Program-made: the position numbers and the translations under genes
Notes under the pieces: generated by a model
Databases searched by the model: none
What the model was told of the DNA's origin: nothing
What the model saw: only the letters and a program-made list of their open reading frames with translations
Assembly: GCA_964016885.1 (NCBI GenBank)
Contig: OZ024758.1
Coordinates: forward strand, 20,088,001-20,152,000
DNA: 64,000 bases
From: Eledone cirrhosa
Taxonomy: Eukaryota
Direction: 5' to 3'
In this document: piece after piece, positions 13,447 to 29,139 of the stretch
Layout of the letters: each line of letters begins with the position of its first letter
Numbering within the stretch: position 1 is the stretch's first letter

Positions 13447-14852
13447 GTGTGTGTGTGTGTGTGTGTGTACAATGAATAAATACACTATTGCTATTTTAAA
13501 TAATATTCTTAATGAGATAATGGTTTGCAAGTATGTTAGCGTGTCGGACAAAATTGATATATAATAGATATATTTGTAGTTACGTCCCTTTCAGGTTTTG
13601 AGTTCAATTCTCACCCGTATTAACTCCACCTTTCGGCTATCGCCTTCATGTGGAACATCAACGAACAGTCGATTCCGATTCAATTGAATATGCATCTTAA
13701 TATGTCTGACCTTGTGCCTGAATGCAAACACACACGTATACAAACACATACAGACAAAACTGTGACACATTATTAGTAGTAATATTGGTGAAAATCGTCC
13801 GTGTGTCGATTTTTCGAAATTATTTCATCCCCTACAAAATAGGTATACCCTTGCCCGGATTAAATATTATTATTTTTATTTTTATAATTCTATTCGCTAA
13901 CTGGTTAGAGGGTTCATCAAAGTATCTTCTAGCATTTATTTGCAAATTATTTTGTTCTGGGTTCAAATGATACCGGCGTCACATTGGGGTACCTGTCATG
14001 TACTAAGATCAATTTCCTCGACATAAATTCGTTTCTAAAATGTCTGTTGCATGTGCCTACATTAAAAGTAGTTTTTCTAACTACTGTCGCTACGTTGGTT
14101 CTTGTATGAAGAGTCAGCACGATAGAAGTATTTTCTTTCATTGCATGGGTACCAGTAATACACCAGCTAGAGTAGAAAACAATATGCATGATGATGTCGC
14201 CGGTTGCTAGAAACATGAGTGGGCCTGTGCCGGTACGATAATAAAAAAAAAACTTAACGACGGCGTAAATGTTTGATACAACAACTGTTTTAAAACCATT
14301 TCCATTGCTGAAGCAGGGGTTAGACTTGCGGGTCCCATGATAGACTTCCTACGAATCATGGGATGCTTTTTGAAGCATTGTTTATAGCCAGATGCTTTTC
14401 TTGGCACCAAGCCTTTTAGTCGCCTCTTACAACATGCATGGAGACGAAGTTTATATTCTATGACTGATAACCCAGATGCAGGCTCGATGGCGTTTAAAGG
14501 AACTATCATCACTGTAATCTGGGGTTTAGTTGTGCCTTTCAGTTTAAAATACCAACTATGTTGTCCTTGACTTTTCATATAATTTATGGATTTTTCTAGA
14601 CTTAGGTATACATTTTTGAGCAAACAAATGTCGATATGCATTCCCCCGTGCCTTGATATTCATGCAATTTAAGTGGGCGCAGGACAGCTCTCCTCCAATA
14701 TTTTGGTCTTATTCTAATTGGACAGTATTTGGGTCTTTGAATTAAGAAGGTGTACTACAGTGAAACGAATTCATATGAATGAGAAACTCTCCCAGAAAAT
14801 GTCTGACCTTGTACCAGTGTTAAATCCTCCTACATACCTTCCTACAATCCAT

Positions 14853-15032
14853 TCCACCATCGTCACCACCACCATCACAATTATCATCGCCACCGGCATC
14901 ACCACCACCACCACCACCGTCACCATCATCATCATCGCCACCGCCATCACCACCACCACCACCATCATCAACACCTTCCTCGCTACCATCATCGCTGCCA
15001 TCAAGGCCAACATCATCGCCATCATTATTTGT

Positions 15033-15064
<32 letters not shown>

Positions 15065-15066
15065 AA
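14853..15066. repeat. (CAC/CAT)n trinucleotide low-complexity repeat
   Basis: Directly visible; produces the poly-T/I/D/G ORFs. Confidence 0.95.
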
Positions 15067-15119
15067 TCCTGGTCCTCAAATTTCTTATACATTTTCCCAA
15101 ATAAATAAATGAATAATAA

Positions 15120-15236
15120 TGTGTTTCTACTTTTGGCACAAGGCCAGCAATCTCCAGTGCATTACTGGTACTTTATTTTATCGACCCCGTAAGGATGAAC
15201 GGCAAAGTTAACCTCAACTGGATTTAAACTCAGACC

Positions 15237-15275
<39 letters not shown>

Positions 15276-15318
15276 GTAATAATAATAATAATAGTGATTT
15301 CTTCTTTTATTTATTTAT

Positions 15319-15357
<39 letters not shown>

Positions 15358-15600
15358 GTAATAATAATAATGTTTTCATTATTAACCACAAGGGTTTACA
15401 TAAAGTAGACATTAAGGAGAGTACAGGACAATACAGGACGGTACAAAATAGTAATAATAATAATAATAGTGATTTCTTTATTTATTTATTTATTTAACAA
15501 TAATAATAATTGTTTCTACTTTTGGCACAATGCCAGCAATTACCTCAGTGCATTACTGGTACTTTATTCTATCGACCCCGGAAGGATGAAAGGCAAATAA
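15120..15600 (-). mobile_element. Two truncated SINE family A copies (15120-15240, 15508-15597) embedded in (TAA)n
   Basis: Reverse complement of the family core, tgtttctacttttggcacaa...tcgacccc..aaggatgaa, occurs twice. Confidence 0.85.
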
Positions 15601-15896
15601 TAATAATGATATATATTTAATTATATTTTTTAATTGTCAAATTAGAATATGTTCTTAGGTAATTTATATATTTAGAAAAATACGTTGGACACGAACCTAT
15701 ATGCAAACTAAAAGAATAACTCAGAGCTGCTATTTTTATATATGTAAAGGTATATATATGAGCAGGCAGAGTTAACGTGTGTAGATCTCAGGTAGAACAT
15801 ACACACGAACAGACACACACACGCTCACAAACATAGACTGACATACATACATACACACTTATACTATATTCATATATATATATTTGCTCTACAGGT

Positions 15897-15943
<47 letters not shown>

Positions 15944-16014
15944 CCTTATCGAACCCCCTTCGGATTTTAGTCTTCACATATATTATTACTATATATATAT
16001 ATATATATATATAA

Positions 16015-16050
<36 letters not shown>

Positions 16051-16063
16051 ATGTGTGTGTGTG

Positions 16064-16099
<36 letters not shown>

Positions 16100-16797
16100 G
16101 CCTCAGCCGGATGGCTGGAACAGGTAAAAGTGTAGAAGAGTAAATATGAATTTAAAAATACAACTGTACATATAATAAAATGAAACGTGTTATCTAAAGA
16201 AATCGTATATATGAAAACCGCCAGAGACAGTAAGAGAAATATATGTCTATACATACTATAACTTCTTGCATTACTACACATACACCACCTTACGATTCCT
16301 CGCTATTCCATTCTAAGCTACTCGCTCTGTGACCATATGACTAAGTCTGTGATTCTCTATAACGCTTACACTTACACTTGCTACATTCCTGCGTTCTATC
16401 GACAGGTATTTCTTCTTAATCGTTTCATTCTAAAATATCTTTCGTTACTGTTCAATCTGTTGATGCTCATTCAACTTGTTGACATCTCATTCAATATTTT
16501 CTTCTTGCATTTAAATTCTTACTGCTTTGTTTTATTTTATTTTGTTGTTGTTTTTGTGGTTTATTATTGTTTTATTTGGTTATATATGAATTTTCATTCA
16601 CTTTATATATAGGCCTGTATGTCTCTATTTGCCCGTCAGATAATCAATGATACCTCAAACAGTCGGACTATCTCTCTATCAGTATATATCATTATATCTC
16701 TCACAGTGTCTATGCATCTAACTATCTGTCTATTTATTTATCGATCAATCTATAAATCTATCTGTCTGACTACTTATCTATCTATCTACATTATATA

Positions 16798-16931
<134 letters not shown>

Positions 16932-16932
16932 C

Positions 16933-16982
<50 letters not shown>

Positions 16983-17130
16983 TTATTTATCTATATATTT
17001 ATCTATCTACCTCTCTATCTATATATCTATCTATATGTCTAACTAACTCGCTCTCTATCTCCCTCTCTATCTCTATCTCTATATATATCTACCTATCAAT
17101 ATATCCATATATTGGTATATTTATCTGCCT

Positions 17131-17258
<128 letters not shown>

Positions 17259-17399
17259 GTCTCGTTATCTACTCATCTGCCTGTCTGCTAAACTATCAGA
17301 CTCAAATCCATTGAATTACTTGAAGCTTACCTATATACTGTATATAAATACACTTACACACACACACACACATTCACACACCTGCAAGTATATATATAT

Positions 17400-17488
<89 letters not shown>

Positions 17489-17969
17489 CGTGCGTGTGTG
17501 TGTGTGTGTATATATAAATATATATCAGTGTGTGGACGAATTCGTGCATGTGTATATGTGCGTCTGTGTGCATGTGTATACAATTAACACCGAATATATT
17601 TGTATACTTATGTTTTTTTTTTCAATATATATCGTGGAGCTATCTAGCAATACATATCTCTCTCTCTCTCTATCTCTCTCTCCCTCTCTCTATCTCTCTA
17701 TCTCTCTCTCTCTCTCTATCCCCTCTCTCTCTCTCTCTATCTGTCTATCTATCTATCTCTCTCTCTCTCTCTCTTACTCTCCCTATCTAACTATCTCACT
17801 TTCACTATCTCACTCTGTTTTTCACATATATGTTCGTGTGTAGGTATGTGTGTAAGTATGGGTGAAAGCTTGTATGTAGTGTGTGTATATGCATATATAT
17901 ATATATATATATATACAGATCTAGCTGTCGAACCGGCCGGAGCTCACCCGTCGGGGACCGGATTGTATC

Positions 17970-18023
<54 letters not shown>

Positions 18024-18150
18024 GGGTGAATGTATGTATATACGTATGTGTGAAAGTATGATTGTATGCATTATACAGCTATGTATATATATATATATAT
18101 CCATGTATGTATAATATGTACACGTATAAAGACACTTGTCTGTGAGTATT

Positions 18151-18188
<38 letters not shown>

Positions 18189-18723
18189 TATATCAACTTG
18201 TAGGCTTCATTGTTTAACATTTATGCATATGCCACTCTGTCAAAGATCCTTTATCTCTTCTATCATGTATATGTGACCATATTTCTAAATAAAAATAAGC
18301 TTATCTATTTAACTACCCAATAATCTATATATATATATATATACATATATAATATGTCACACCATAACAAATAGTCACCCTCTATCTCTTTATCTCTATC
18401 TCTTTATCTCTATCTCAATCACGCCCTATTCAGTAACTCTCGTTCTCCCTAGCCATTTATATATATATATATTATAAAAAATGTACATATATACATGTAC
18501 ACGGTTTACCCAACACTGTACACAAACTTAGATTAACTGCACAGGCAAAAATTTATACGATGCTGTTGAAGTGATTATATATTTTTGAGACACCCTGAAT
18601 GTGTGTTAGAGTATAAATATGTATATATATATATATATATATATTTGATTACCTGCACATGCTAGATGTATGAGGATGCTGTATACATTTTTGGAAACCT
18701 CATGCATGCTTGCGTATGTGTAT

Positions 18724-18781
<58 letters not shown>

Positions 18782-19009
18782 CGTGTGCTTTTGTGTGCGT
18801 GTATCTCTAAATATTTATACAAACATATATATATATATATATATTGGTAATATATATATATGTGTGGGGGGAGGGCGTATGCGTGTATATATATATATAT
18901 ATATATAGATATATATAGTGAAAAATGGAACGGGAACAAAACAGAGAGGCAGTATAAACAAAGGTTTATTAGTTTCACGCTCTTGAGAGTGTGTTGTGTG
19001 GGGGGGGGG

Positions 19010-19043
<34 letters not shown>

Positions 19044-19310
19044 AGTATATACCGATTTGTAGTTTATTATACACCTACATGCTTTCATATTATATATAGC
19101 GTTAAAATAACGTATATGTATTTGTATATATGAAGGTGATGCACCAGCATGGGCCGCAAAAATATATAATAATACTTAAAACTAAAAAAATGTTCGGTAT
19201 TCGTGTTGCAATGTTATTGAGATTTAGTAGTTACAACGTTAGGACCTATATGTGCTTATCACATATTCTGCTTCTTACCCTAAACCCTTGACCTTTCTCT
19301 ATCTTACTTT

Positions 19311-19373
<63 letters not shown>

Positions 19374-19459
19374 TATATATGCCCTAGGGTTCTTATATAT
19401 TTGATATATATTTAGCCTTACCAAGCCCTCTTTGGATTTTAGTCTTCATATTTATTATT

Positions 19460-19510
<51 letters not shown>

Positions 19511-19627
19511 AATATATATATATATAAATATATATATATTTATATATATATATATATACATTTATATATATATACATATATATGTATACATATACATATA
19601 TTTATATATATATATACATATATATGT

Positions 19628-19753
<126 letters not shown>

Positions 19754-19780
19754 ATAAATATACATATATATATATATATT

Positions 19781-19828
<48 letters not shown>

Positions 19829-19852
19829 AATATACATATATATATATATATT

Positions 19853-19953
<101 letters not shown>

Positions 19954-20252
19954 ATATATATATTTTATATACGTATAATGAAAAGATATGTTCCTGGAGT
20001 GGATCGCGGCTGATCACATTTAAAGAAGGTATTTAGTAATTCAGTAAGTTGGTAGAGTGTAATCAACATTATTTTATATAGAAATGAATTCTACAGAACT
20101 ATAACTGTTTCATTTGTCTGAGACGTTGAATTGTCAGACGACACAGAACCCACGATATATATATATTTTCTCTACATTTCTTATATATTTGTTATATATT
20201 TATCCTTATCGAGCCCTCTTTGGATTTTAGACTTCCAATTTATTATTATTAC

Positions 20253-20289
<37 letters not shown>

Positions 20290-20360
20290 GTGTGTGTGTG
20301 TGTGTACACATATAAATCAGACACACACCCGTTTAAAACTACACGCATATATATATATAA

Positions 20361-20400
<40 letters not shown>

Positions 20401-20551
20401 GGAGGTGAGTTTTATTGTAGTACAATAAAGCAATGCAGATATCGGATAAGAAGCACTCTACAGTTTGTAGGACTGGAGTATATATATATATATATATATA
20501 TACATAGACTGGAGTATATATATATATATATATATATATACTTAGACTGGA

Positions 20552-20593
<42 letters not shown>

Positions 20594-20712
20594 TTATATA
20601 TACAAATTCATATATGTCTATATATTTGGATATGAACTTTCTTATTTAGCGATGTTAAACATACAAGTGTTAGCAAATATCATTTAAATGCATGTCTCTC
20701 GGTCTGTATATC

Positions 20713-20784
<72 letters not shown>

Positions 20785-21074
20785 AATATATATATATATA
20801 GGTGTGTGTGTGTGCGTGTGTATTCACATAATATGTTTGTGTCTCTCATTCTCTTTCTATGTGTGTTTTTGTGTAGATGTTCACAAATATCTACACATAT
20901 GTGTTAATGTTTCTGTCCAGAAATGAAAACTATACAAATTTGATAATATATCTTCATATAATTATCTTTATATTTTACTGTCTAAATATTCGAAATACTT
21001 ACAACCCCTCCACACACCACACACACACACGACGTGTACTGTCTGTCTATTAATGTATCTATGCATATTTTTGT

Positions 21075-21143
<69 letters not shown>

Positions 21144-21186
21144 ATATATATATATATATGTATGGGTGTAAGTAAATAATCCTGTA

Positions 21187-21276
<90 letters not shown>

Positions 21277-22557
21277 TATACATATATATATATGTTATCG
21301 TATATTTCTGATACCAATGATATGTACAGGACTAGACCTTTCTCATTGACTTGAAATGTCCCTGATGATACCAAACAAATTAAAGTTATTTTCCTGTATA
21401 TGTCATTTCTATATAAAACATCTATGTACCAATATATTAACTACATTATTCAACTGTGGTTCGTTTTCAACTCCCTTCCGTGTTAGTGTATTTTACTAAA
21501 TAGGGATGTATGTACGTATGCATGTATGTATATATGTTTGTCAATATGTGTATATGTTTGTGTGTTTGTATGGGTGTGTGTGTGTGTCTGCGTGTATGTA
21601 TATATGCTGGTGTGTATGTTTATATATTGATCGGAAAAATTCATATATATATATACAGATAATACATACATTAATACATATGCATTTCATATAAATATAC
21701 GTATATGTGTGTGTGGTGATTAATATATCTGTCAATATATAAATCAACACACATACATATATATATATACACACACATATATATATATATGTATATATAT
21801 ATATGTATATATATATATGTGTGTATGTGTGTGTGTGGTTATTTTTGCATCTTTAGCTACGATTTTATTTTAATTGTAGTTTAATATTCTAAATTATGTG
21901 AGTATTATGATAGTGTTTTTCAGTATACAGTTTAAAAGAGTAATGCTTGTATATCCTTGTAATACCTACTTTCATATCTCATGATTACTTACAAATGCAA
22001 CAATATCTATCTCATACCCAGTATGCACTCGGAATTACACCCACGCTCACTTATCTATGGTTTTCGTCCACGTAGGCTTTTTAGACATGGGACTACCTAA
22101 AGCATCCCTTAACAATGCATTTTATTTTCTGGTACACAATTTAGAACACATTACGGTTTTCATTATTTTTTTTATTATTCTTTATTGTTATTATTCTTAT
22201 TATTATGGTTGGTATTGAATTTGGTGTGTAGTCACGTATTTTAATCATTAGATATTTCGGGTCATGATCATAGAGTCCTGGGGTTCATTCTATGGAACGT
22301 CTTTTGTTGTTAAGGAATACACTATAATTCAATGCATTGGGTACACTTCTCTATCAAAAATGTGTGGCAATCTGTTTGCACGTGTAATTTCGTGTCACCC
22401 TATTGTGACCCTTTTGAATCTTCCTGAGAAATATGTGATCGGAGTACGTGTCTGTCGAACGGTCAGCCACTTGACACGTTAATTTCACAAGAATGATGTT
22501 TCGAATCTCTAAAAAAATTCGACAATTTACACGCCTCGTCGAAAGTGACGGATGTCT

Positions 22558-22614
<57 letters not shown>

Positions 22615-23120
22615 ACATCTATTCATTCAAGGTGAATTGGATTACAGATTTGCAACTGACAAACAATAATGCATAGCAGTATTTATCAAAGATCACCGGT
22701 TTCAGATAAGAATTTCAAACTTATGTATGTTAAACATTAAGGGGCTTTATTGATGTTGGATATTACGTGTTATAATCTTGCATACTATTGCTAATAATTA
22801 TTAGGGATATATGATATGCTATAAATTGTAACAAGTTTCTAATATATTCGATTTATAAACATGCATACACACAAGCATGTATACCAATATACAAAAATAT
22901 ATATTTCTACGTATACGTACATTCATATTCATATATATATATACTATATATATATATATATATATATGTAGAGATTATATTTAATTTGTTGGGATACAAC
23001 AAGCAAAATATTTGTATAACTGATATAAAGCACTCGCTCCGCTATCCAGGAGATTCCAACCAGAATGGTTGCATTTTTTCAGGGTATGTCAATATTTATT
23101 TGTAAAATTAACCTATATTA

Positions 23121-23186
23121 TATTTTATCTGATGAAAGCGCGCCATTGTTTGCCTTGATGGCCATTGAACTATGTATAATGAAATA
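23121..23186 (+). ncRNA. Degenerate hammerhead motif, family Q
   Basis: tattttat-CTGATGA-aagcgc gccatt..gatggc catt-GAAC(for GAAA)-TATGTA-TA-atgaaata. The flanks are homologous to 45085-45300, whose minus strand has intact GAAA-TATGTA-TA. Confidence 0.55.
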
Positions 23187-23226
23187 AATATCGTTTTATA
23201 AATATAGTTTCCATTTGGTAATATAT

Positions 23227-23282
<56 letters not shown>

Positions 23283-23330
23283 AACATGCATATTTACTGA
23301 CATACACCATAATACACACACACACATAAA

Positions 23331-23365
<35 letters not shown>

Positions 23366-23574
23366 GGGGGATAAAGTACGTCTTTCACTGCTATGACTAA
23401 CCAGTGTCTTCACTGTAGAGAAACTTACGACTGATGACCCTTCATAAGACTGTCCAGCTTCGGATGGCCTGAATGATCGTGTGCATGTCTATACATATAT
23501 ATGTGTGTATGTATAAATCTATGTATGCACATAAATATACATAAACATACATATATATGTGGATGTATATATTT

Positions 23575-23663
<89 letters not shown>

Positions 23664-23773
23664 GTGTGTCCCCAAAATGTATACATAATTTGAATACCTC
23701 TACAAACAATATCTATATTACAATGCTGTTGAAGTGGGCATACTATCATGTATACATACACACTCATAAATAA

Positions 23774-23830
<57 letters not shown>

Positions 23831-24149
23831 TTTATACAGACGCACTCATAAATAAATTTACATATATATATACATACATATTTATATATACTATATATAT
23901 AAAACATATTCGTCTCTACCTACATACATAATTTTATTAAGATCAGTTTTCTGCTTCACTTCCAGATATATCAATAGTAAGACACGCAGAACACATTTCG
24001 TTAATTCTATTATTCACCACATAAACATAAGGACATATAAAATTCATCGTAAGTCTTCACCGCAAACAACTTTTTACGATGATGACCTATATAGGACGAG
24101 TTTATTCTCAGTCTGTACATAACGTTTCTCTCCAATAAGATGTTCAGCG

Positions 24150-24180
<31 letters not shown>

Positions 24181-24587
24181 TCGAATATATGTATGTGTGT
24201 GGTTTGGTGTTGGTAGTCTGTATATATGTTTATGTTGTTTTTTTATATGTGGGCTTCCGTCGTATGAGACTTCGTGTGCTTCAGTTGATTCAAACACCGG
24301 CATTGTCTAAACGTGTATTAAACTTCTAAGTGACTTAGTATTGCACTGACACGTGTAATATTAATGTGTTTCTCGGAGATTCAGCGTGACGCAACTAGTG
24401 TATGACAAAGCTGACCACATGAATTACAAGTTTAAACATTCTTTCCAGCTAAATGGACATGCACAGATTGGAATCTAGTGTCTTTCGCAAAATTAGAATC
24501 CTTCCTTATCAGGTCTGGCATTTGGACTCACTAAATCAGGATCCTTAGACGAAACATATTAATCAATACAGCTTACGTCTCCAGTGA

Positions 24588-24730
24588 AGGCACATGGTTT
24601 AGTGGTTAGGGCATTGGGCATGTAATCGACAGGCTGTGAGTTCAATTCTCGGATCGGGTGATGTGTTGCTTCCTTAAGCAATATATTTTATTTCACGTTG
24701 CTCCAGTTTACTCAGCTGTAGAAATGAGAT
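24588..24730 (+). mobile_element. tRNA-derived SINE family B (Deu/Meta-domain-like central region)
   Basis: A-box-like tggtttagtggttagggc, B-box gagttcaattctc, then ccttaagcaa..tttatttcacgttgctccagtttactcagctgtagaaatgag. Related to 32083-32230 and 63407-63505. Confidence 0.7.
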
Positions 24731-25469
24731 GATAGGACTGGGGTCCCTATCGTCAAATCTACCAAGACACGCCCAACGAGATATACCTTGGAGGAGGCAA
24801 GCTAAGCTTGCATATGTGTGAGCTGTAATAACAACAACAACAGCATCTCCACACCTTCCGCATGCATTCAAACCACAACAGACACTAATATCCTTAAACA
24901 TTAGATCTTCCACGCCTGCTGGAACAAGTCTGAACTTACACCACATCTAGCAGGTAGAAAAAAGTAGAAATCATTATGTCTGGTACTCTAACAATTCCGC
25001 CACTCTACTAAGTTACTCAGTTTGACTGATACTTATTTTATCACGCGACCAAATTCAAATAAACTCAAATACTGTAACTGCATGTAATTACAGCGGAGTG
25101 CTGTGAGTCCAACTCATATTTCCAGGAAATACATTTGCATGTAGTTTAGGTTCCCGAGTTAGTATTGAATTTATTAAATGACTCAACATTTATATCTATA
25201 GACTTCTCTGTGTGTATCTGTTTATCTAACTACCCATGCATATATAAATATATATATATATATGTATATACATATATATACATATATATACACACACACA
25301 TATATAATATATATATATAGAGATATAATATATATATATATATATGTGTGTGTGTTGTGTGTGTATATATATATATACATATATGTAAGTATGTACAGAA
25401 AATGAGGCAAATATGTTTATGATGAATCAACAATATGAATGGGAGAATATTACTCATAGCGATGCGGCT

Positions 25470-25690
25470 GGTAATTACACATAGGATAAACTCCTACATA
25501 TTTAAGAAGAGTTGAAAAAAATGCACTCAGTTGTGCGTATCAATGCAATTAATAGAGGCATATTATCTCCAGCGAACAGAAATTGTAAAATCTCGTTAAG
25601 GAAGGGAAATAACTCCAATGATATTAGATAATCGAAAATCTTAAATAAGAAAGTCACTAATTATTAGAATGGATATGGCCGTGTCTTCGA
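25470..25690 (+). pseudogene. Possible heavily decayed PLE GIY-YIG endonuclease C-terminal fragment
   Basis: Frameshifted remnants in order: (LS)TYI*-ELKK, YSPANRNCKISL, ILNKK. These resemble the LSxYIWxLK...Y...CxLCLxEK...LLNKR tail of some PLE endonucleases. By-eye match only. Confidence 0.35.
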
Positions 25691-26454
25691 CTCTTTGCGT
25701 TTTAAACATGTCTTAAATTTCGCAACATGTGTATTTATTTCACTAGATCGAAGACTTTACGTCTACTATATCATATGTTAATCTGCCGTACTCGCATTCG
25801 GTATACATGGCGCTCAAATGTTGTTTTTATTTCTGCATCTATGAATGTCCCATTCACATTTAGAATTATAGCATTATGGTTATTTCTATATATATTGATA
25901 ACAGTTTGACTACAACCTTGTGAAGATGCCACTTAACAGATCTATTCGACATTTGGTTTTAAACCTCAGATATACATTTGTGTCACTGTATTTCAATCAG
26001 CTGCTTTTGTTGGAGTTATCTTCCTTACTTTTAGATTTAAAATATATATATACAAAACAAATGATAGGTTTACTGCTTGGATAATCAAAATTGATAGACG
26101 ATTCTGGCCCTACTACAGTACATATGTCTCTACGCTATATGTACTTCCTGCACATCACAACTTCAGAGTATTTTCTGAACAATCAGTTATTGAAAATATG
26201 TATATTTCGCTTTGTCTCATTGTGTACGAAATATTAACTGTAGAAGAAACAGGCTCCACCAGGTTTTAAATTTACCTAAGTTACTCCACATATTAATATG
26301 GTGGTATTGAGATTCCATCATGATTTATGGACCATTTCATATAATAGCTAAAGAAGCATGTGTGCATATGATATGTACCTCTTTAACTACCCACATACAC
26401 ATAAATCCTTCTCTCTCGCTCTCTCTCTCCCTCTCTCCCTCCCTCTCTCTCTCC

Positions 26455-26968
<514 letters not shown>

Positions 26969-27116
26969 AAACTTCTGAACACGATCATACACACCCGTGT
27001 ATATTTATTTATATATATATATATAACGGCGATGAATTAGTTTTGCGAGGTTTTTGATATGAAATCGTGTGTCGAAACAAATATGGTTATACTTGGGGAG
27101 GGTCATATTTGTGTAA

Positions 27117-27300
27117 TAATTGTTTCTACTTTAGGCACAAGGCCAGCAATTATCCAGTGCATTACTGGTACTTTATTTTATCGACCCCGTAAGGATGAAA
27201 GGCAAAGTCAACCTCGGCGGGATTTGAACTCAGATCGTAAAGGGACGTAACTATGCTGGAACGCATGGTGTCCGACCCTCTACCGATACTGCCAATCCAA
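27117..27300 (-). mobile_element. SINE family A, near full length
   Basis: Family core plus tRNA head; minus strand reads tggcagtatcggtagagggtcggac...gagttcaaatccc. Confidence 0.9.
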
Positions 27301-27647
27301 TATTGCCAAAATTAATAACAGAACACACTTACTGATTGGTTGGTTTTCGCTTCTCTGTCTTTTATATCGGTTAATTTAATTTATTCGCCGCTCAATGTTA
27401 CCATTGACTGACCAACGGTCAAAAATACAAAAATAATATAGACACAAACACATATATATATAGTCTAACCAAGTCGTTTCGTTGCACATCTGCAACATCG
27501 TCAGTGGTGCTATTATGTTTCCTCCTGTTGTATTGTATGCCTACGCCATCTTTATTTAGTCTGTTCATTTATTTATTTATTTATGTATATATAGGAAACA
27601 GCACGATTTGTTATGTCTTCAAACGTAATGATATGTTATGTCTTCAA

Positions 27648-27840
27648 ACAAAGAAGGTGTAGTAAAATACCAGGTGGACCATAACGGAGAAAGCTACTCG
27701 ATATTTAGGGTAGTAGAGTGGGTAATAGCAAAAGAGTCATTACCCCGACGGCTGAGCTGCGGCCGCCTCGACAGCTAGATCCGAGTTGCAATCTAGCTTT
27801 CGAAACGGCCGTAGCTCAGCAGTCAGGGTCCTGACTTTTT

Positions 27841-27843
<3 letters not shown>
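27648..27843 (-). mobile_element. Hairpin family H, diverged copy
   Basis: Tail ccaggtggaccataacg...gtagtagagtgggtaatag, then the imperfect palindrome ccccgacggctgagctgcggccg..gacagctagat/atctagctttcgaaacggccgtagctcagcagtcaggg; ends in (TA)n. Confidence 0.8.
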
Positions 27844-27877
<34 letters not shown>

Positions 27878-27886
<9 letters not shown>

Positions 27887-28577
27887 TAAATTTGAAGACT
27901 AACATCCAAAGAGGGTTCGATAAGGATAAATATATATCAAATATATAAGAACCGTAGAGCAAAAATGTATTAAAATAACAGATTCAAGTTTAAGCAATGA
28001 ATTGCTGCTTTAACCCTTAACGGGATCTTCTGAAACTAACACAGTCAATCTGTGAACGCAGAAGTGAATATTTCAAAAAACGTTGCAACCGGAGGAAGAC
28101 AGGAAGACGATACTTTGGTTCGTGGAAACGTTCCCTGGCAAAGAACGGGAAAAAACACGAATATAATACGTCATTATTTGGAGCGGGGAAAAACAATTGC
28201 ATGCAAAGACAAAAACACGTTTATGGTATAAAAGATGTCGTAGACTAATATTCTATTAGGTGGTTCATAGAGACGTTCCCTGGCAATGAACGGAACGAAC
28301 GAAGATAATACGTAATATGTGGAGCGTGCAGAATAATTGCACGCAAAGACAAAACCACGTATATGGTATAACTGAAGTCGTAGACTAAAAATATAACTAG
28401 AAAATCTAACTAGAAAATGCTACTCGGCTTCAGAGTTAAAAAGTAAATAAAATACAGAGGTAATTGAAATTCAATAAATACATCCACGCATCCATATACG
28501 TACAAACACAAGCATACGCGTTAAGGCTGAAAGCAGCGATTCTTTACTTAAACTTTAATCTGTTATTTTAATAAATT
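27878..28577 (-). mobile_element. HHR-bearing repeat family R, copy 1 (internal ~120-bp duplication and short terminal inversion)
   Basis: Colinear with 28619-28960. Minus HHR at 27978-28053 has GAAA mutated to TAAA. 28128-28228 is repeated at ~28273-28388. 28521-28575 is an inverted copy of the HHR 3' half. Confidence 0.8.
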
Positions 28578-28622
<45 letters not shown>

Positions 28623-28719
28623 ATAATAATAAAATTGAAGACTAAAATCCAAAGAGGGCTCGATAAGGAAAATATATATCAAATATATACGAACCGTAGT
28701 GCAAATATTTATTAAAATA

Positions 28720-28795
28720 ACAGATTAAAGTTTAAGCAAAGAATCGCTGCTTTCACCCTTACCGGGATCTTCTGAAACTAACAAAGTCAATCTGT
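28720..28795 (-). ncRNA. Extended type-I hammerhead ribozyme (U4A core variant)
   Basis: Reverse-complement twin of 29019-29094 with all helices retained. Confidence 0.7.
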
Positions 28796-29018
28796 AAACG
28801 CAGAACTGGATATTTCAAAAAACGTTGCAACCGGAGGAAGACAGGAAGACGATACTTTGGTTCGTGGAAACGTTCGCTGGCAAAGAACGGGAAAAAAAAC
28901 GAATAATACGTCATTAATAGGAGCGGTGAAAAACAATTACGCGCAAAGACAGAACCACGTTTCGTCTTCATGTCTTCCTCCGGTTGCAACGTTTTTTGAA
29001 ATATCCAGTTCTGCGTTT

Positions 29019-29094
29019 ACAGATTGACTTCGTTAGTTTCAGAAGATCCCGCTAAGGGTGAAAGCAGCGATTCTTTGCTTAAACTTTAATCTGT
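29019..29094 (+). ncRNA. Extended type-I hammerhead ribozyme (U4A core variant)
   Basis: ACAGATTGA-cttcgtt-AGTTT | CAGAAGA | TCCC gctaa GGGT | GAAA | GCAG cgattct TTGCT | T | AAACT-TTAATCTGT. This gives a two-part stem I (5+9 bp) with a bulge, stem II, a true stem III hairpin, and a CUU site ending at 29080. Confidence 0.72.
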
Positions 29095-29101
29095 TATTTT
29101 A

Positions 29102-29139
<38 letters not shown>

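Larger units (their letters stand above)
28619..29107 (-). mobile_element. HHR-bearing repeat family R, copy 2, with ~145-bp inverted arms
   Basis: 28706-28852 is the reverse complement of 28962-29107; bounded by (TA)n on both sides. Tail fragments also occur at ~15943-15990, 19380-19465, 20202-20250 and 36846-36970. Confidence 0.85.

Noticed and set aside
14200-14460. ORF 14207-14641 as a gene; region resembles RTE-associated SINE pieces
   Set aside because: No recognisable domain; repeat identity is from vague recall and there is no clear second copy in the window.
14718-15139. Overlapping poly-T/I, poly-M/V and D/G-rich ORFs
   Set aside because: Trinucleotide low-complexity repeat open in several frames; no splice or homology evidence.
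18497-18598. Tc1/mariner-like TIR remnant (ttttgagacaccctg), with a similar piece at ~23661
   Set aside because: The partner TIR is too diverged and there is no transposase evidence.
21320-21372. gtcc-CTGATGA-tacc hammerhead-like core
   Set aside because: No stem II closure or downstream GAAA; the putative 3' half lies upstream and is degenerate.
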